DNA from: an uncultured delta proteobacterium | GTDB lineage: Bacteria > Desulfobacterota > Binatia > UBA9968 | Direction: 5' to 3' | Length of the DNA stretch: 64,000 nucleotides | NCBI GenBank assembly: GCA_963816145.1 | Contig: CAWFJP010000003.1 | Span: forward strand, 288,001 to 352,000 | Part shown: one piece after another, positions 1 to 9,648 of the stretch | How positions within the stretch are numbered: the first letter of the stretch is position 1 | Layout: each line of letters starts with the position of its first letter | Position numbers and translations under genes: made by a program | The notes under the pieces: model-generated | What the model was told of the DNA's origin: nothing | Databases searched by the model: none | Seen by the model: the letters and a program-made list of their open reading frames with translations, nothing else

Positions 1-1179
1 TGGAAAGAACTACTCAAGGGCGTAAAGCCCGTACCGCCGCGGGTGGTCAAGACTGGCCCCATATTGGAGAACGTCAAGTCCGGCGCCGATGTCGACATGA
101 CGATTTTTCCGACGCCGCACTGGCATGAACTCGACGGCGGCCGTTACATCGGCACCGCGGACTGCGTCATCACCGGCGAGCCCGAAGAAGGCGGCTGGGT
201 CAACGTCGGTATCTATCGAGTGCAGATTCACGACAAAAACACGTTGGGCCTTTATGTCTCCCCCGGCCATCATGCGCGGATCATGCGCGAGAAATACTGG
301 GAGCAGGGCAAGAGCTGTCCGGTGGTCGTCACCTTCGGCCAGGACCCGCTCCTGTTTCTCGTCGCCGGTCAGTCGATGCCCTACGGGATGTCCGAATTGG
401 ATTATTACGGCGGCTTGCGTGGTGCGCCGATCGATGTGATTCGCGGTGAACTCACCGGCCTGCCGATTCCGGCCCACGCCGAGATCGCCATTGAGGGCGA
501 AGTGCCGCCGCCGCAAGAACAGATGCAGATGGAAGGACCGTTCGGCGAATGGCCAGGCTACTACGCCCACGGCGCCGCCAAAGAGCCGGTGATCCGCGTT
601 AAACGAGTTTATTATCGCAATGATCCGATTCTCTGCGGCGCGCCGCCGTTGAAACCGCCGTTTGTCACCTTCGGTGTGCCGATCGGCGCTGCGGCGATCT
701 GGAATTATTTGGAGAAAGCCGACGTGCCTGACATCAAAGGCGTCTGGTGCGCCATCGGCAGCTCGGCGGCCGCCGGCGGCGCGCCGTTTATCATTGTTTC
801 GGTCAAGCAGCGCTATCACGGCCATGCGCAGCAGGCCGGCCTTGCCGCCCTCGCTTCGCGGGGCGGCAATTATCATGGCCGCTTTGTCATTGTCGTCGAC
901 GACGATATCGACCCGTCGGATATGAAAGATGTCATCTGGGCGGTGTCGACGCGCTGCGATCCCAAGACTGCGATCAGCATCATCGACGGCTGCTGGAGCA
1001 CGCCGCTCGATCCGGCCATGCATCCGGACCAGCGCGATGCCGGCAACTTCGTCAACAGCCGCGCCGTAATCAACGCCTGCCGGCCGTACGCATGGCGCGA
1101 CCGCTTTCCGCCGGTCAATGCCTTGAGCCCGGATCTCAAGCGCACGATCAGCGAAAAGTGGCGCAAAGAATTGGCCTGA
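1..1179 (+). CDS. UbiD-family (prFMN-dependent) decarboxylase, 5'-truncated by window edge
   Basis: Frame open from base 1 (WKELLKGVKPVPPRVVKTGP...). Motifs DGGRYIGT, NVGIYR, EGPFGEWPGYY, VDDDIDP..DVIWA..TRCDP. Confidence 0.92.
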   Translation, partial: WKELLKGVKPVPPRVVKTGPILENVKSGADVDMTIFPTPHWHELDGGRYIGTADCVITGEPEEGGWVNVGIYRVQIHDKNTLGLYVSPGHHARIMREKYWEQGKSCPVVVTFGQDPLLFLVAGQSMPYGMSELDYYGGLRGAPIDVIRGELTGLPIPAHAEIAIEGEVPPPQEQMQMEGPFGEWPGYYAHGAAKEPVIRVKRVYYRNDPILCGAPPLKPPFVTFGVPIGAAAIWNYLEKADVPDIKGVWCAIGSSAAAGGAPFIIVSVKQRYHGHAQQAGLAALASRGGNYHGRFVIVVDDDIDPSDMKDVIWAVSTRCDPKTAISIIDGCWSTPLDPAMHPDQRDAGNFVNSRAVINACRPYAWRDRFPPVNALSPDLKRTISEKWRKELA

Positions 1180-1232
1180 CTCCGGGAATCGTCCAATTGC
1201 CTATCGAGCGTAACCATGGCACCATCCATAAT

Positions 1233-1859
1233 ATGGAAATGCTCATGGATTTATTTCAGCGAATTTATGACGTCGAATCGCTGGTTCGCGTCGGCGGGCT
1301 GATCGGCCTAACGGCCATTGTATTTTGTGAAACCGGCTTGCTGATTGGCTTTTTCCTGCCGGGGGATTCGTTGTTGGTCACAGCCGGCCTGTTTTCCGCG
1401 CGCGGCGATCTGAGTGTCAGTTCACTCCTGATAAGCTTGAGCTTGGCCGCCATTCTCGGCGATACATTGGGTTACAATATCGGCGCGCGCACCGGCCCGA
1501 AACTGTTCAGTCGTCCCGACTCCTGGCTCTTCAATCGCAAACATCTGCTGACGACCAAGGAGTTCTATGAACGCCACGGTCCCTTCACCATCGTCATTGC
1601 CCGTTTCGTGCCAATCGTCAGAACCTTTGCGCCGGTCGTTGCCGGCGTCGGCGCCATGGCTTACAAACGCTTCATCGTTTATAACGTGGTCGGCGGCATT
1701 GGCTGGGTGCTCTCGATGATCCTGGGCGGCTTTTTTCTCGGCCATTTGGTTCCCAATATCCACAAGAATATCGACAAGGTCATTCTCGTCGTAATCTTCC
1801 TCTCGCTCCTGCCGATTATCATCAAGTATCTTAGAGATCGAAAAACCCGCGCCGCCTGA
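1233..1859 (+). CDS. DedA/VTT-domain membrane protein
   Basis: ETGLLIGFFLPGDSLL, GDTLGY, ARFVPIVRTFAP motifs. Start trimmed to ATG 1233 from ORF 747..1859. Confidence 0.9.
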   Translation: MEMLMDLFQRIYDVESLVRVGGLIGLTAIVFCETGLLIGFFLPGDSLLVTAGLFSARGDLSVSSLLISLSLAAILGDTLGYNIGARTGPKLFSRPDSWLFNRKHLLTTKEFYERHGPFTIVIARFVPIVRTFAPVVAGVGAMAYKRFIVYNVVGGIGWVLSMILGGFFLGHLVPNIHKNIDKVILVVIFLSLLPIIIKYLRDRKTRAA

Positions 1860-1978
1860 TCGCCGCGCGCGTTATTTTGGCTTGCAGCATCGCGAGCCAA
1901 TCGATTAAGAAGGATCATCCCGGCAGCGCCCGCAATCGGCTGCCGCCGCCACGGCGTTTTTGCCAAGAAGGAGCCAAG

Positions 1979-3114
1979 ATGATCAACGGCTACAAGATAT
2001 TTGACGCCGACGCCCATGTCATGATGGGCCCGAAGATGTGGGAAGATTTACCCAAAGAATTTGCTCCCCGCCGGCCGAGGCCGTTAGAAATCGCCGATAC
2101 CGCCGGCGTGGGAATACGCCGCACCGGCTGGCTCATCGAAGGCCGGATGGAGCCGCACGCTTATGGTCCCGGCGCTCAGGGAGCGAACACTCCGACCACG
2201 GTCATGCCGGAGTTCGGCGCCACGCCAGGAACACTGGGATCCCTCGATTTGTCCCAACCGGACAAGCGACTGCGCGATCTCGACGCGCTGGGCATCGACG
2301 CGCAGCTGCTGTTCCCGTCGAGCCTTTATGCCTGCATGGGCGCCGATCCGTTTTTCGAAGCGGCGATGTTCCGCGCTTACAACCGCTACGCCGGGCGTCA
2401 ATGCAGAGCCGACTCGAAGCGTTTAAAATGGGCGGGGTTGTTACCCCTGCGCGATACTCAGTGAATCCATCGCGGCGCTCGGTGAGATGCAGGAACTGGG
2501 CGCCAGCACAGCCATCGTCTTCGGCACCGTCGGCGAGCGGTTGTTGTCCCACAAAAGTTTCACGCCGATCTGGGATGAATTCGCCCGCACCGGTCTGCCG
2601 CTATGCGTGCACATGGGCCGCAGCTATCCGCCCTTCGATCAATTGGTCGAAAGCAGATTGGAAGCCCATGTCATCGCCATGGGTATGCCGGCGCAATTGG
2701 GGTTTGTCGCGGTGGTCGCCCAGGGTATGCTCGACCGCTATCCGAATCTGAAAGTTGCGTTCTTGGAGTTCGGCGCAGAATGGCTGTTCTACGTCGTTGG
2801 CCGGCTAGCGCACTATCTTGCCGAGCTACCGCAGGGATCCCACGGTGCAGGCCATGGGCCGGCTGCCGGAAAAGGCGATCGAAGAGTATCTCAAGTCCGG
2901 CCGCTTCTTCATCGCCCCCGAAGCCGACGACCCCTTGTTGCTGCAAGAAATCGCCCTGGTCGGCGCCGAGCATATCTTGTTCTCATCGGACTACCCCCAT
3001 GGCGAAGGCCGCGATAACGCCGCCAGCGAGATTTTGGAGCGCCATGATCTAACCGACGCACAGAAGCGGAGTATCTTGTACGACAATACCGTCAGGTTTT
3101 GTGGCGAACCTTGA
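1979..3114 (+). CDS. Amidohydrolase_2 family protein, two frameshifts (~2461, ~2820)
   Basis: DADAH N-terminus, LPLCVH, AFLEFGAEW and FSSDYPH spread over ORFs 1877..2464, 2487..3017, 2818..3114. AAGGAG RBS before ATG 1979. Confidence 0.8.
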
Positions 3115-3189
3115 TGGCACTATCAGGCCGAACGAAATCTCTCGGCTCCTCGATATACTCACACCGGAATTCCAGAAGAAGTAATAGTT

Positions 3190-3268
3190 CGTCATACCGG
3201 CGAAAGCCGGTAGGTTCGATTTCAGTTGGCTTACAAAAGCCTGGATTCCGGCCTGCGCCGGAATGACG
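3190..3268. repeat. ~80-bp paired palindromic element, GTCATNCCGGCG...CGCCGGAATGAC family (copy 1)
   Basis: Inverted arms gtcataccggcgaaagccgg / ctggattccggcctgcgccggaatgac; four more copies in the window. Confidence 0.8.
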
Positions 3269-3349
3269 GAAGGAAGAAACGATTTTCAGTCGACGAATTC
3301 AAAACCCCCTCGGCAAAAAAAACCGCGCCCAGCGAAACCACATTCATGC

Positions 3350-4348
3350 TTACTTCAGGCTTCCTTCGGCGCGCAGCTCCTGCTGGGCGGTCTTGAGAAT
3401 TTTCTCGTTGACGACCTGATCGACTGTGAATTTGGCGTCGATCAGATTATTGCGCTTATCTTCGTCGAGCATCACCTGCAGGCCGGCGATATTGACTGAT
3501 AGATCGCCGCTGAATCCCGGCGCAAATAAGTCGTAAGCCTGTTGAACGATCTCCGGCTCGCCTTGTAGTTTCGCTTCGAATCCGGCCTTGATCGAATCCG
3601 TCTTATTGGTCTTCGCGTAGTGAATGCCTAAAACCAATCCTTTCAAAAACCGTTTGGTGATATCCGGTTGCTTGCCGAGATAGTCGTTACGCGCGGTGAT
3701 CAGGGTCTGGGGAATATTGAGAGTATCGCTGAAGTTGGCGATCAGGGGAAAGCCCATGCGCATTAACCGCACGGTATCCTCGGGAGCAAATGGCGCCGCG
3801 GCAACCAGCCCTTTCTCCAGTGCACCCACGCGTAGGTTGCTGCCGCCGATGGCGCGCAGCAAAACATCCTTGTCGGGATCGATGCCTTTACGGCGCAGAA
3901 AAGTTCGCGTCGCGAAATCGGAAAACGCCCCGGCGCCGGTGACGCCGACGAGTTTGCCTTTGAGATCTTCCAAGCTGCGCGTCGATTTACTGCCGACTAA
4001 TTGGTAGGCCACCGCATTGGAGATGGCACCGATAATCGCGACATCCAAACCGCGCGCCCGGCTGCGCATGATCGCCTGTGCCCCGCCGATCTCGGCAAAA
4101 TCGACTTCGCCGGAGGATAGTGCCGCCAGAGCGGCAGGGCCGCCGCGCACGAAGATCGGCAGGATCTCCAGCCCCTGACTCTTGAAGAAGCCGCGCGCCA
4201 AGGCCACGCGAAACGGCAACTCGCTGTTCCACGCCAGTCCGGTGAAGACCACCCGGAGAGTTTTCCTTTCCTGGGCATGAGCCGGAGATTGGAGCAATAG
4301 GACGGATACGAACCATAGCACAACGTGAAAAAGATGCTTCATGACCAT
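3350..4348 (-). CDS. ABC substrate-binding protein, SsuA/THI5(NMT1)-like
   Basis: Signal peptide (..AHA-QE), ALSSGEVDF, LEDLKGK.VGVT motifs; paralog of the next gene. Confidence 0.88.
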   Translation of the reverse strand: MVMKHLFHVVLWFVSVLLLQSPAHAQERKTLRVVFTGLAWNSELPFRVALARGFFKSQGLEILPIFVRGGPAALAALSSGEVDFAEIGGAQAIMRSRARGLDVAIIGAISNAVAYQLVGSKSTRSLEDLKGKLVGVTGAGAFSDFATRTFLRRKGIDPDKDVLLRAIGGSNLRVGALEKGLVAAAPFAPEDTVRLMRMGFPLIANFSDTLNIPQTLITARNDYLGKQPDITKRFLKGLVLGIHYAKTNKTDSIKAGFEAKLQGEPEIVQQAYDLFAPGFSGDLSVNIAGLQVMLDEDKRNNLIDAKFTVDQVVNEKILKTAQQELRAEGSLK

Positions 4349-4351
4349 GAG

Positions 4352-5353
4352 TTACTGCTTCAACTTACCTTCGGCGCGCAGCTCTTGCTGGGCGATTTTG
4401 AGAATCCGGTCGTTGATCACACGATCGACGGTGAAGTTTTTTTCGACCAAACCGGTGCGGATATCTTCATCGAGCATCTGCTGGATGCCCGGCACGGCGA
4501 TCGTCAGATCGCCGGTTAGCCCCGGCGAATAAAGATCCCAAGCGGCGCTGACAATATCAGGGTCGCCCTGCATGCCGGCATCGTAGCCTGCTTTGATGGC
4601 ATCACGTTTGTTGTATTTAGCGATTTGCATGCCTTGAATATAGGCTTTGAGCACGCGCTTGCTGGTTTCAGGATATTTATCCAGCACTTCATTGCGCGTG
4701 ACGATAATATTTTGTGGAATGCCCAAGGACTCGTTCATGTTGCTAATCACAACGTAACCGGAGCGGATGAGCCGGACGGCGTCTTCGGTTGAAAACGGCG
4801 CTGCGGCAATAATCCCCTTCTCGATCGCGGCGGCGCGCAACACCGTGCCCCCGATGGAGCGCAATACGACGTCCTTATCGGGATTGATATTGTGCTTCTT
4901 GAGAAACGCTTTGACGGCGAATTCCGAATAAGTGCCGGCGCCGGTGATGCCGATCGGCTTGCCGCGCAGATCTTCGACGCTGCGGGTTTGCTTGTTGCCG
5001 AGTAGAATATAATTGGTGGTACTCGAAATGCAGCCGATAATCGTCAGATCCAGGCCGCGTGCTTTGCCGCGAAAGATCGCCTGTGCCCCGCCGATACTGG
5101 CGAAGTCCACTTCGCCGGAAATTAGAGCTGAAATCGCCGCCGGCCCGCCGCGAATCAAGATCGGCTCGATCTGCAATCCCTGCTGCTTGAAATAGCCTCG
5201 CGCCAACGCCGCGCGAAAAGGTATTTCGCTATTCCACGCCAGACTGACGAAGACCATGCGGATATTTTTCTTTTCCTGGGCCGACGCCGTCTCGGCGCAA
5301 AAAGCCGCGACGATAAGGCAAATCCCGACTTTCAATATTTTCCGTATGCTCAT
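4352..5353 (-). CDS. ABC substrate-binding protein, SsuA/THI5(NMT1)-like
   Basis: Signal peptide (..ASA-QE), ALISGEVDF, EDLRGKPIGIT; tandem paralog of 3350..4348. Confidence 0.88.
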   Translation of the reverse strand: MSIRKILKVGICLIVAAFCAETASAQEKKNIRMVFVSLAWNSEIPFRAALARGYFKQQGLQIEPILIRGGPAAISALISGEVDFASIGGAQAIFRGKARGLDLTIIGCISSTTNYILLGNKQTRSVEDLRGKPIGITGAGTYSEFAVKAFLKKHNINPDKDVVLRSIGGTVLRAAAIEKGIIAAAPFSTEDAVRLIRSGYVVISNMNESLGIPQNIIVTRNEVLDKYPETSKRVLKAYIQGMQIAKYNKRDAIKAGYDAGMQGDPDIVSAAWDLYSPGLTGDLTIAVPGIQQMLDEDIRTGLVEKNFTVDRVINDRILKIAQQELRAEGKLKQ

Positions 5354-5395
5354 CACTCCACCACTCCAATACTCCAGTATGTCAATCTCGCGAGG

Positions 5396-5863
5396 TCACC
5401 GCTTCGCGTACACAGTGGTCTTGCCGTTCTTGTCGAACGTGAGCACGCTATACGGCTCCGGTGTGCCGCCCTCCATGCCGGGCGATCCTACCGGCATTCC
5501 CGGAACCGCCAGACCGACGATGGGTGGTTTTTCCTTGAGCAATTTTTCGATTAGGTCAGCCGGTACGTGGCCTTCGATAACGTAACCCTCGATTATCGCA
5601 GTGTGGCAGGCGAAAAGTTGTTCCGGCACACCGCGCTGACGCTTGAGGTCGGTGAACGCCTTGCCAAATAAAATTTTCTTGTTGACTTTAAATCCGCTTT
5701 TTTCCAGGTGCACGACCCAGCCATCGCAGCAGTCTCAGGTCGGAGTCTTGTAGACCGTGATCGATTTTGCCGCGGCTTTCGCCGGCGCTTGCGCGGACGC
5801 CGGGGAAAGCAGAAACAAGCTCAAGGCGAGAACGGTATATGCGGCAAAACGGTTATTTCGCAT
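5396..5863 (-). CDS. DUF411/CopG-family secreted metal-binding protein with in-frame TGA (putative selenocysteine) at 5735..5737
   Basis: ATG 5863 reads MRNNRFAAYTVLALSLFLLSPASAQAPAKAAAKSITVYKTPT*DCCDGWVVHLEKSGF... in frame with ORF 5396..5713 (CHTA, IEGHVPA, LAVPGMPVGSPGME). Confidence 0.85.
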
Positions 5864-5898
5864 CGATCCACCCAACCCCGACTAATTTACCAGATACG

Positions 5899-5929
5899 TT
5901 GACATAAATGCGAGCGCTGTTGTAACGAT
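5899..5929 (+). promoter_or_regulatory. Possible sigma70 promoter for the amidohydrolase gene
   Basis: Perfect TTGACA at 5899..5904 with only a weak -10 (TGTAACGAT); AAGGAGG RBS follows. Confidence 0.25.
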
Positions 5930-5954
5930 CATCAATACAATAAGGAGGTCGGCC

Positions 5955-7094
5955 ATGACCAGGAACGGCATGAAGGTCTTGGATAGCGATATGCACCTGA
6001 TGGAGCCGGTGGATCTTTGGCAGCGCTACATCGACGCGAAATTCAGCAGCGAGGCGCCGCGCGGCGTCACCAGCGAAAATGTCCGCGACTTGCGCATGGT
6101 GCATCCCGACGGTCGGCTCTGGGGTCTGCCGCCGCGCCACAGCGAACGGACCGTGATCAATCCCGGTCACAATTTCAAAAAGAACCAAAGCACCTATCGC
6201 GGCCACTCGGAACGCGGCTGGACCGCCGAAGTCCAGCTCGAAGCCATGGATGTCGAAGGCATCGACGTCGCCGTGCTCTATCCGACCCGCGGGTTGAATG
6301 TCCTGAGCGAGCCGCATATGGAACCCAACTTCGCCGACGCGTTGGCGCGGGCGTATAATAATTGGCTCTACGATTTTTGCGAGAAAGATCCCAACCGGCT
6401 GCTCGGCGCCGGCATGCTGTCGACTTTCGATATCGATGATGCCGTCAAGGAAGCCAAGCGCTGCGTTAAAGAGCTCGGCTTTCGCGCCGTGTTTCTGCGC
6501 TCGAACATCATGAACGATCGCAATTGGCATGAGGATTATTACGAGCCCCTGTGGAGCGCGCTGGAAGAGCTCGCGGTCCCGGTCGGTTTTCATGAGTCAT
6601 CGTCATCTGCGGCGCGCCAGACCGGCGATTGGTTCGAGCCCAATTTCATGATGCGCCGAGCGGTCGCCCAACCGATGGAACAGATGCTCGGCTTGGTGGC
6701 GATTTGCTCCGGCGGCGTGCTCGCCCGCCATCCCAAGCTGCGGGTGGCGTTTCTCGAAGCCAATTGCACCTGGTTGCCTTGGCTTTTATGGCGTTTGGAC
6801 GAAGGTTGGGAGCGTGAAGGCGATATCTGGGCCAAGGATCTGACGATGAAACCGAGCGATTATTTCAAACGGCAAGTGTTTGTCTCCGTCGAACCGGACG
6901 AAGCCGGCGTAAAATATGTCATCGATTACATCGGCACCGACCGGCTGGTTTTTTCCACCGACTATCCCCATGGCGACTCGAAGTATCCTCAGGCCGTGAA
7001 TAGCTTTCTTGAATTGAAAATCGCCGACGAAGACAAGCGCAAGATACTTTGGGACAACTGCGCCGAGTTTTACAAAATCGATAACAGGCCATAG
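5955..7094 (+). CDS. Amidohydrolase_2 family protein
   Basis: LDSDMH, VLYPT, AYNNW, GFHE, FLEAN, FSTDYPHGD motifs; strong RBS. Confidence 0.92.
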   Translation: MTRNGMKVLDSDMHLMEPVDLWQRYIDAKFSSEAPRGVTSENVRDLRMVHPDGRLWGLPPRHSERTVINPGHNFKKNQSTYRGHSERGWTAEVQLEAMDVEGIDVAVLYPTRGLNVLSEPHMEPNFADALARAYNNWLYDFCEKDPNRLLGAGMLSTFDIDDAVKEAKRCVKELGFRAVFLRSNIMNDRNWHEDYYEPLWSALEELAVPVGFHESSSSAARQTGDWFEPNFMMRRAVAQPMEQMLGLVAICSGGVLARHPKLRVAFLEANCTWLPWLLWRLDEGWEREGDIWAKDLTMKPSDYFKRQVFVSVEPDEAGVKYVIDYIGTDRLVFSTDYPHGDSKYPQAVNSFLELKIADEDKRKILWDNCAEFYKIDNRP

Positions 7095-7177
7095 CTGGAA
7101 CCCGTTCCACGTTGCTTGCGGGTAGTGCGCACTCCTGCTAACAAAGAGGAATTCTCACAAGCGAAAGAACTGACTTT

Positions 7178-8389
7178 ATGGCAAGTGAAAGTCCAACCAG
7201 AAAGCTCAAACTCGGCATTGTCGGCATCGGCGTCGGCGCGTCGGAAATCCTGCCGGCCATGGAGCAGATTCCCGAGTTCGAGCTCGCCGCCGCTGCGGAT
7301 GTCAACCCGCGCGTGCTCGAGACCTTCCGCGAGCGCTACGGCGCCAAGACCTATGACAGCGTCGAGAAATTATGCGCCGACCCCAACGTCGAAGCGGTCT
7401 GGATCTCGACGCCCAATCGCTTTCACGCCGCTCATACGATCATCGCCGCCAACGCCGGCAAGCATGTCGTGGTCGAGAAACCGATGGCGATTTCGCTTCA
7501 AGAGGCCGAGAAAATGATCGAGGCGACGATCAAGAACAAGATCAAACTGCTATGTGGCCACACGCAGAGCTTCGGGCCGCATATCCGCACCATGCGCAAG
7601 ATCATTCGCGCCGGTGAACTCGGCCGGTTATGCGCCCTTCATGTCTGGGCCTACACAGACTGGATGCTGCGGCCGCGCACCGCCGATGAATTGGACATCA
7701 ATCAGGGCGGCGGCGTGCCCTATCGCCAGGGTCCGCACCAGATCGACACCTTGCGCTTGCTCGGCGGCGGGTTAGTGCGCAGCGTGCGCGGCGCCACCGG
7801 GCAATGGTTCAAGGGCCGGCCGATTCCCGGCTATTATTCAGCGTTCATGGAATTCGAAGACGGCACGCCGGCTACGCTCATGCACAATGGCTACGGCTAT
7901 TTTCTCGCCTCGGAGTTAGTTCCCTGGGGCGGTCAAAACAGCCGCTACTCGGAAACGGAGCGCGCCGCGGTGCGCAAATCGCTGCTTGACGGCACGCGCA
8001 ATGAGAACGCCGATAAGGACGCCATGCGTATCGGCGGTGCCAACGAACGGGAGATTCGTGATCGAAGCAAGACCAAGCCGTGGCTGCCGAATGATTTAGG
8101 CATTCTGATCGCAACCTGCGAGAAGGGTGACATTCGCCAGTCGCAACACGGCCTGTTCGTGCATAGCGACGAAGGCACCAAGGATGTGCCGCTCATCGGT
8201 GGCGGCGGTCCGTCGCGGCGCGGCGAGCTGATGGAACTCTACAACGCCGTCGTTCTCGACGAACCGATCCGCCACACCGGTCCCTGGGGCATGGCGACGT
8301 TGGAAGTCTGCTTGGCGATTATCGAGTCGGCCAAACAAAGAAAAGAAATCTATCTGAAGCACCAAGTGCCCGCGCCGGAGGGAGACTAA
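7178..8389 (+). CDS. Gfo/Idh/MocA oxidoreductase (phthalate cis-dihydrodiol dehydrogenase-like)
   Basis: GIVGIGVG Rossmann motif, GKHVVVEKPMA, YTDWMLRPR..ELD...GGG...RQGPHQID. Confidence 0.88.
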   Translation: MASESPTRKLKLGIVGIGVGASEILPAMEQIPEFELAAAADVNPRVLETFRERYGAKTYDSVEKLCADPNVEAVWISTPNRFHAAHTIIAANAGKHVVVEKPMAISLQEAEKMIEATIKNKIKLLCGHTQSFGPHIRTMRKIIRAGELGRLCALHVWAYTDWMLRPRTADELDINQGGGVPYRQGPHQIDTLRLLGGGLVRSVRGATGQWFKGRPIPGYYSAFMEFEDGTPATLMHNGYGYFLASELVPWGGQNSRYSETERAAVRKSLLDGTRNENADKDAMRIGGANEREIRDRSKTKPWLPNDLGILIATCEKGDIRQSQHGLFVHSDEGTKDVPLIGGGGPSRRGELMELYNAVVLDEPIRHTGPWGMATLEVCLAIIESAKQRKEIYLKHQVPAPEGD

Positions 8390-8404
8390 CATCTGCTTCC
8401 ATTC

Positions 8405-8485
8405 CGTCATTCCGGCGAAGGCCGGAATCCAGGCCCTAAACTGAAGCGAAATCGAAGATGGATGCCGGTTTTCACCGGCATGACG
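8405..8485. repeat. ~80-bp paired palindromic element (copy 2)
   Basis: cgtcattccggcgaaggccggaatccag ... tggatgccggttttcaccggcatgacg. Confidence 0.82.
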
Positions 8486-8547
8486 ATCAGCGTAGGGTGA
8501 AGCGAATCAACTATTCATAGCAAATCGAACCAAAACAAGGAGCATTT

Positions 8548-9528
8548 ATGTACAACAATCAAATTACCGTCGACGTTCACGGTCATATGACTACCCCCGC
8601 CGTGTTTCGCCAATTTTTAGCGGAGACGGTCTCGCAGAATACGCCGAACCGTAAACTCGATATGAGCGACGAGCAGCTCGAAGCTGCCCAGCAGCGCCAT
8701 CTTAAATTCATGGACGACCGCGGCATCGATGTTCAACTGATCGGCCCGCGCCCCATCGCCATGTGGCATTGGATGCGGCCGTTCCTGCAAGAGTTCTGGG
8801 CCTTCACGACCAACAATGTGATTGGCCGTATAGTTAAGCTGCATCCCGATCGCTTCCGTGGCATGGCGCAGCTACCGCAATCCCGCGACCGGGACACGCG
8901 CTTCTGTCTTCCTGAGTTCGAACGCTGCATCAAAGAGCTCAACTTCGTCGGCGCTTATCTGAATCCCGATCCTGCAGGTGACAAGCAGACGCCGGGCGTC
9001 CACGAGGAGTATTGGCATCCGCTGTACGAGAAAGCCGTGCAGTTGGATGTCCCGCTGATGGTCCACCCGTCGACGACCTATGACCGCAGACTGGAGATCA
9101 TCCCAGCGAACTATCAGATGAATAATTATTTGGAAGAGTTCGTCGCCATGAATCTCTACATGCACAGCAAGATTTTTCAGACCTTTCCCAAACTAAAAAT
9201 TGTCATCTGCCACTGCGGCGGCGGCCTACACCGGTTCATCGCCAACGATCACCATGTCGGCCAGGGCGATTTCAGCAATAACTTATTTTACGATTCCTGC
9301 GTCTACGACGTGAACTATCTCGAAGCCGGCATCAAGCAACGCGGCGTCGACCAGGTCCTGTTCGGTACCGAATCCCCCGGCTCCGGCGGCGCAGTCCGCA
9401 AAGACACAGGCAAACCTTCCGACGACATGATTCCGGTGATCGACGGTCTTGGTTTCTTGAGCGCCGAGGATAAGATGAAGATCTTTCAGAAAAATCCGTT
9501 GAAGGTATTTACCAAAGTGAAGATCTAG
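8548..9528 (+). CDS. Amidohydrolase_2 family, LigJ (4-oxalomesaconate hydratase)-like
   Basis: VDVHGH.TT, PDRFRGMAQLPQS, NPDPAG, YWHPLYEKAV.LDVPLMVH, LFGTE resemble LigJ; substrate not established. Confidence 0.8.
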   Translation: MYNNQITVDVHGHMTTPAVFRQFLAETVSQNTPNRKLDMSDEQLEAAQQRHLKFMDDRGIDVQLIGPRPIAMWHWMRPFLQEFWAFTTNNVIGRIVKLHPDRFRGMAQLPQSRDRDTRFCLPEFERCIKELNFVGAYLNPDPAGDKQTPGVHEEYWHPLYEKAVQLDVPLMVHPSTTYDRRLEIIPANYQMNNYLEEFVAMNLYMHSKIFQTFPKLKIVICHCGGGLHRFIANDHHVGQGDFSNNLFYDSCVYDVNYLEAGIKQRGVDQVLFGTESPGSGGAVRKDTGKPSDDMIPVIDGLGFLSAEDKMKIFQKNPLKVFTKVKI

Positions 9529-9532
9529 GAAG

Positions 9533-9594
9533 GTCGAGGATCGACGATGGAGGATTGAGAAAGCCTTGCTCTATCCTCGATCTTCGATTCTCGG
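9533..9594. repeat. Inverted array of ~7-bp units (GAGGATC-like)
   Basis: tcgaggatcgacgatggaggattgaga ... tctatcctcgatcttcgattctcg. Confidence 0.55.
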
Positions 9595-9648
9595 CCGGTA
9601 TTGAACTAAAGCCGTAATCACCAACACAACAGCTGACGGAGAAAGTGA

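Noticed and set aside
10-1023. Long antisense ORFs (10..1023, 13748..14761, 22716..23768, 24840..25787, 46719..48272 and others)
   Set aside because: They are shadow frames opposite well-supported genes, typical of GC-rich codon usage, with no recognisable motifs.
2462-2464. TGA in the first amidohydrolase as a second selenocysteine or readthrough site
   Set aside because: The protein continues in a different frame (ESIAALGEMQEL), so this is a frameshift, and no conserved Cys is expected here.
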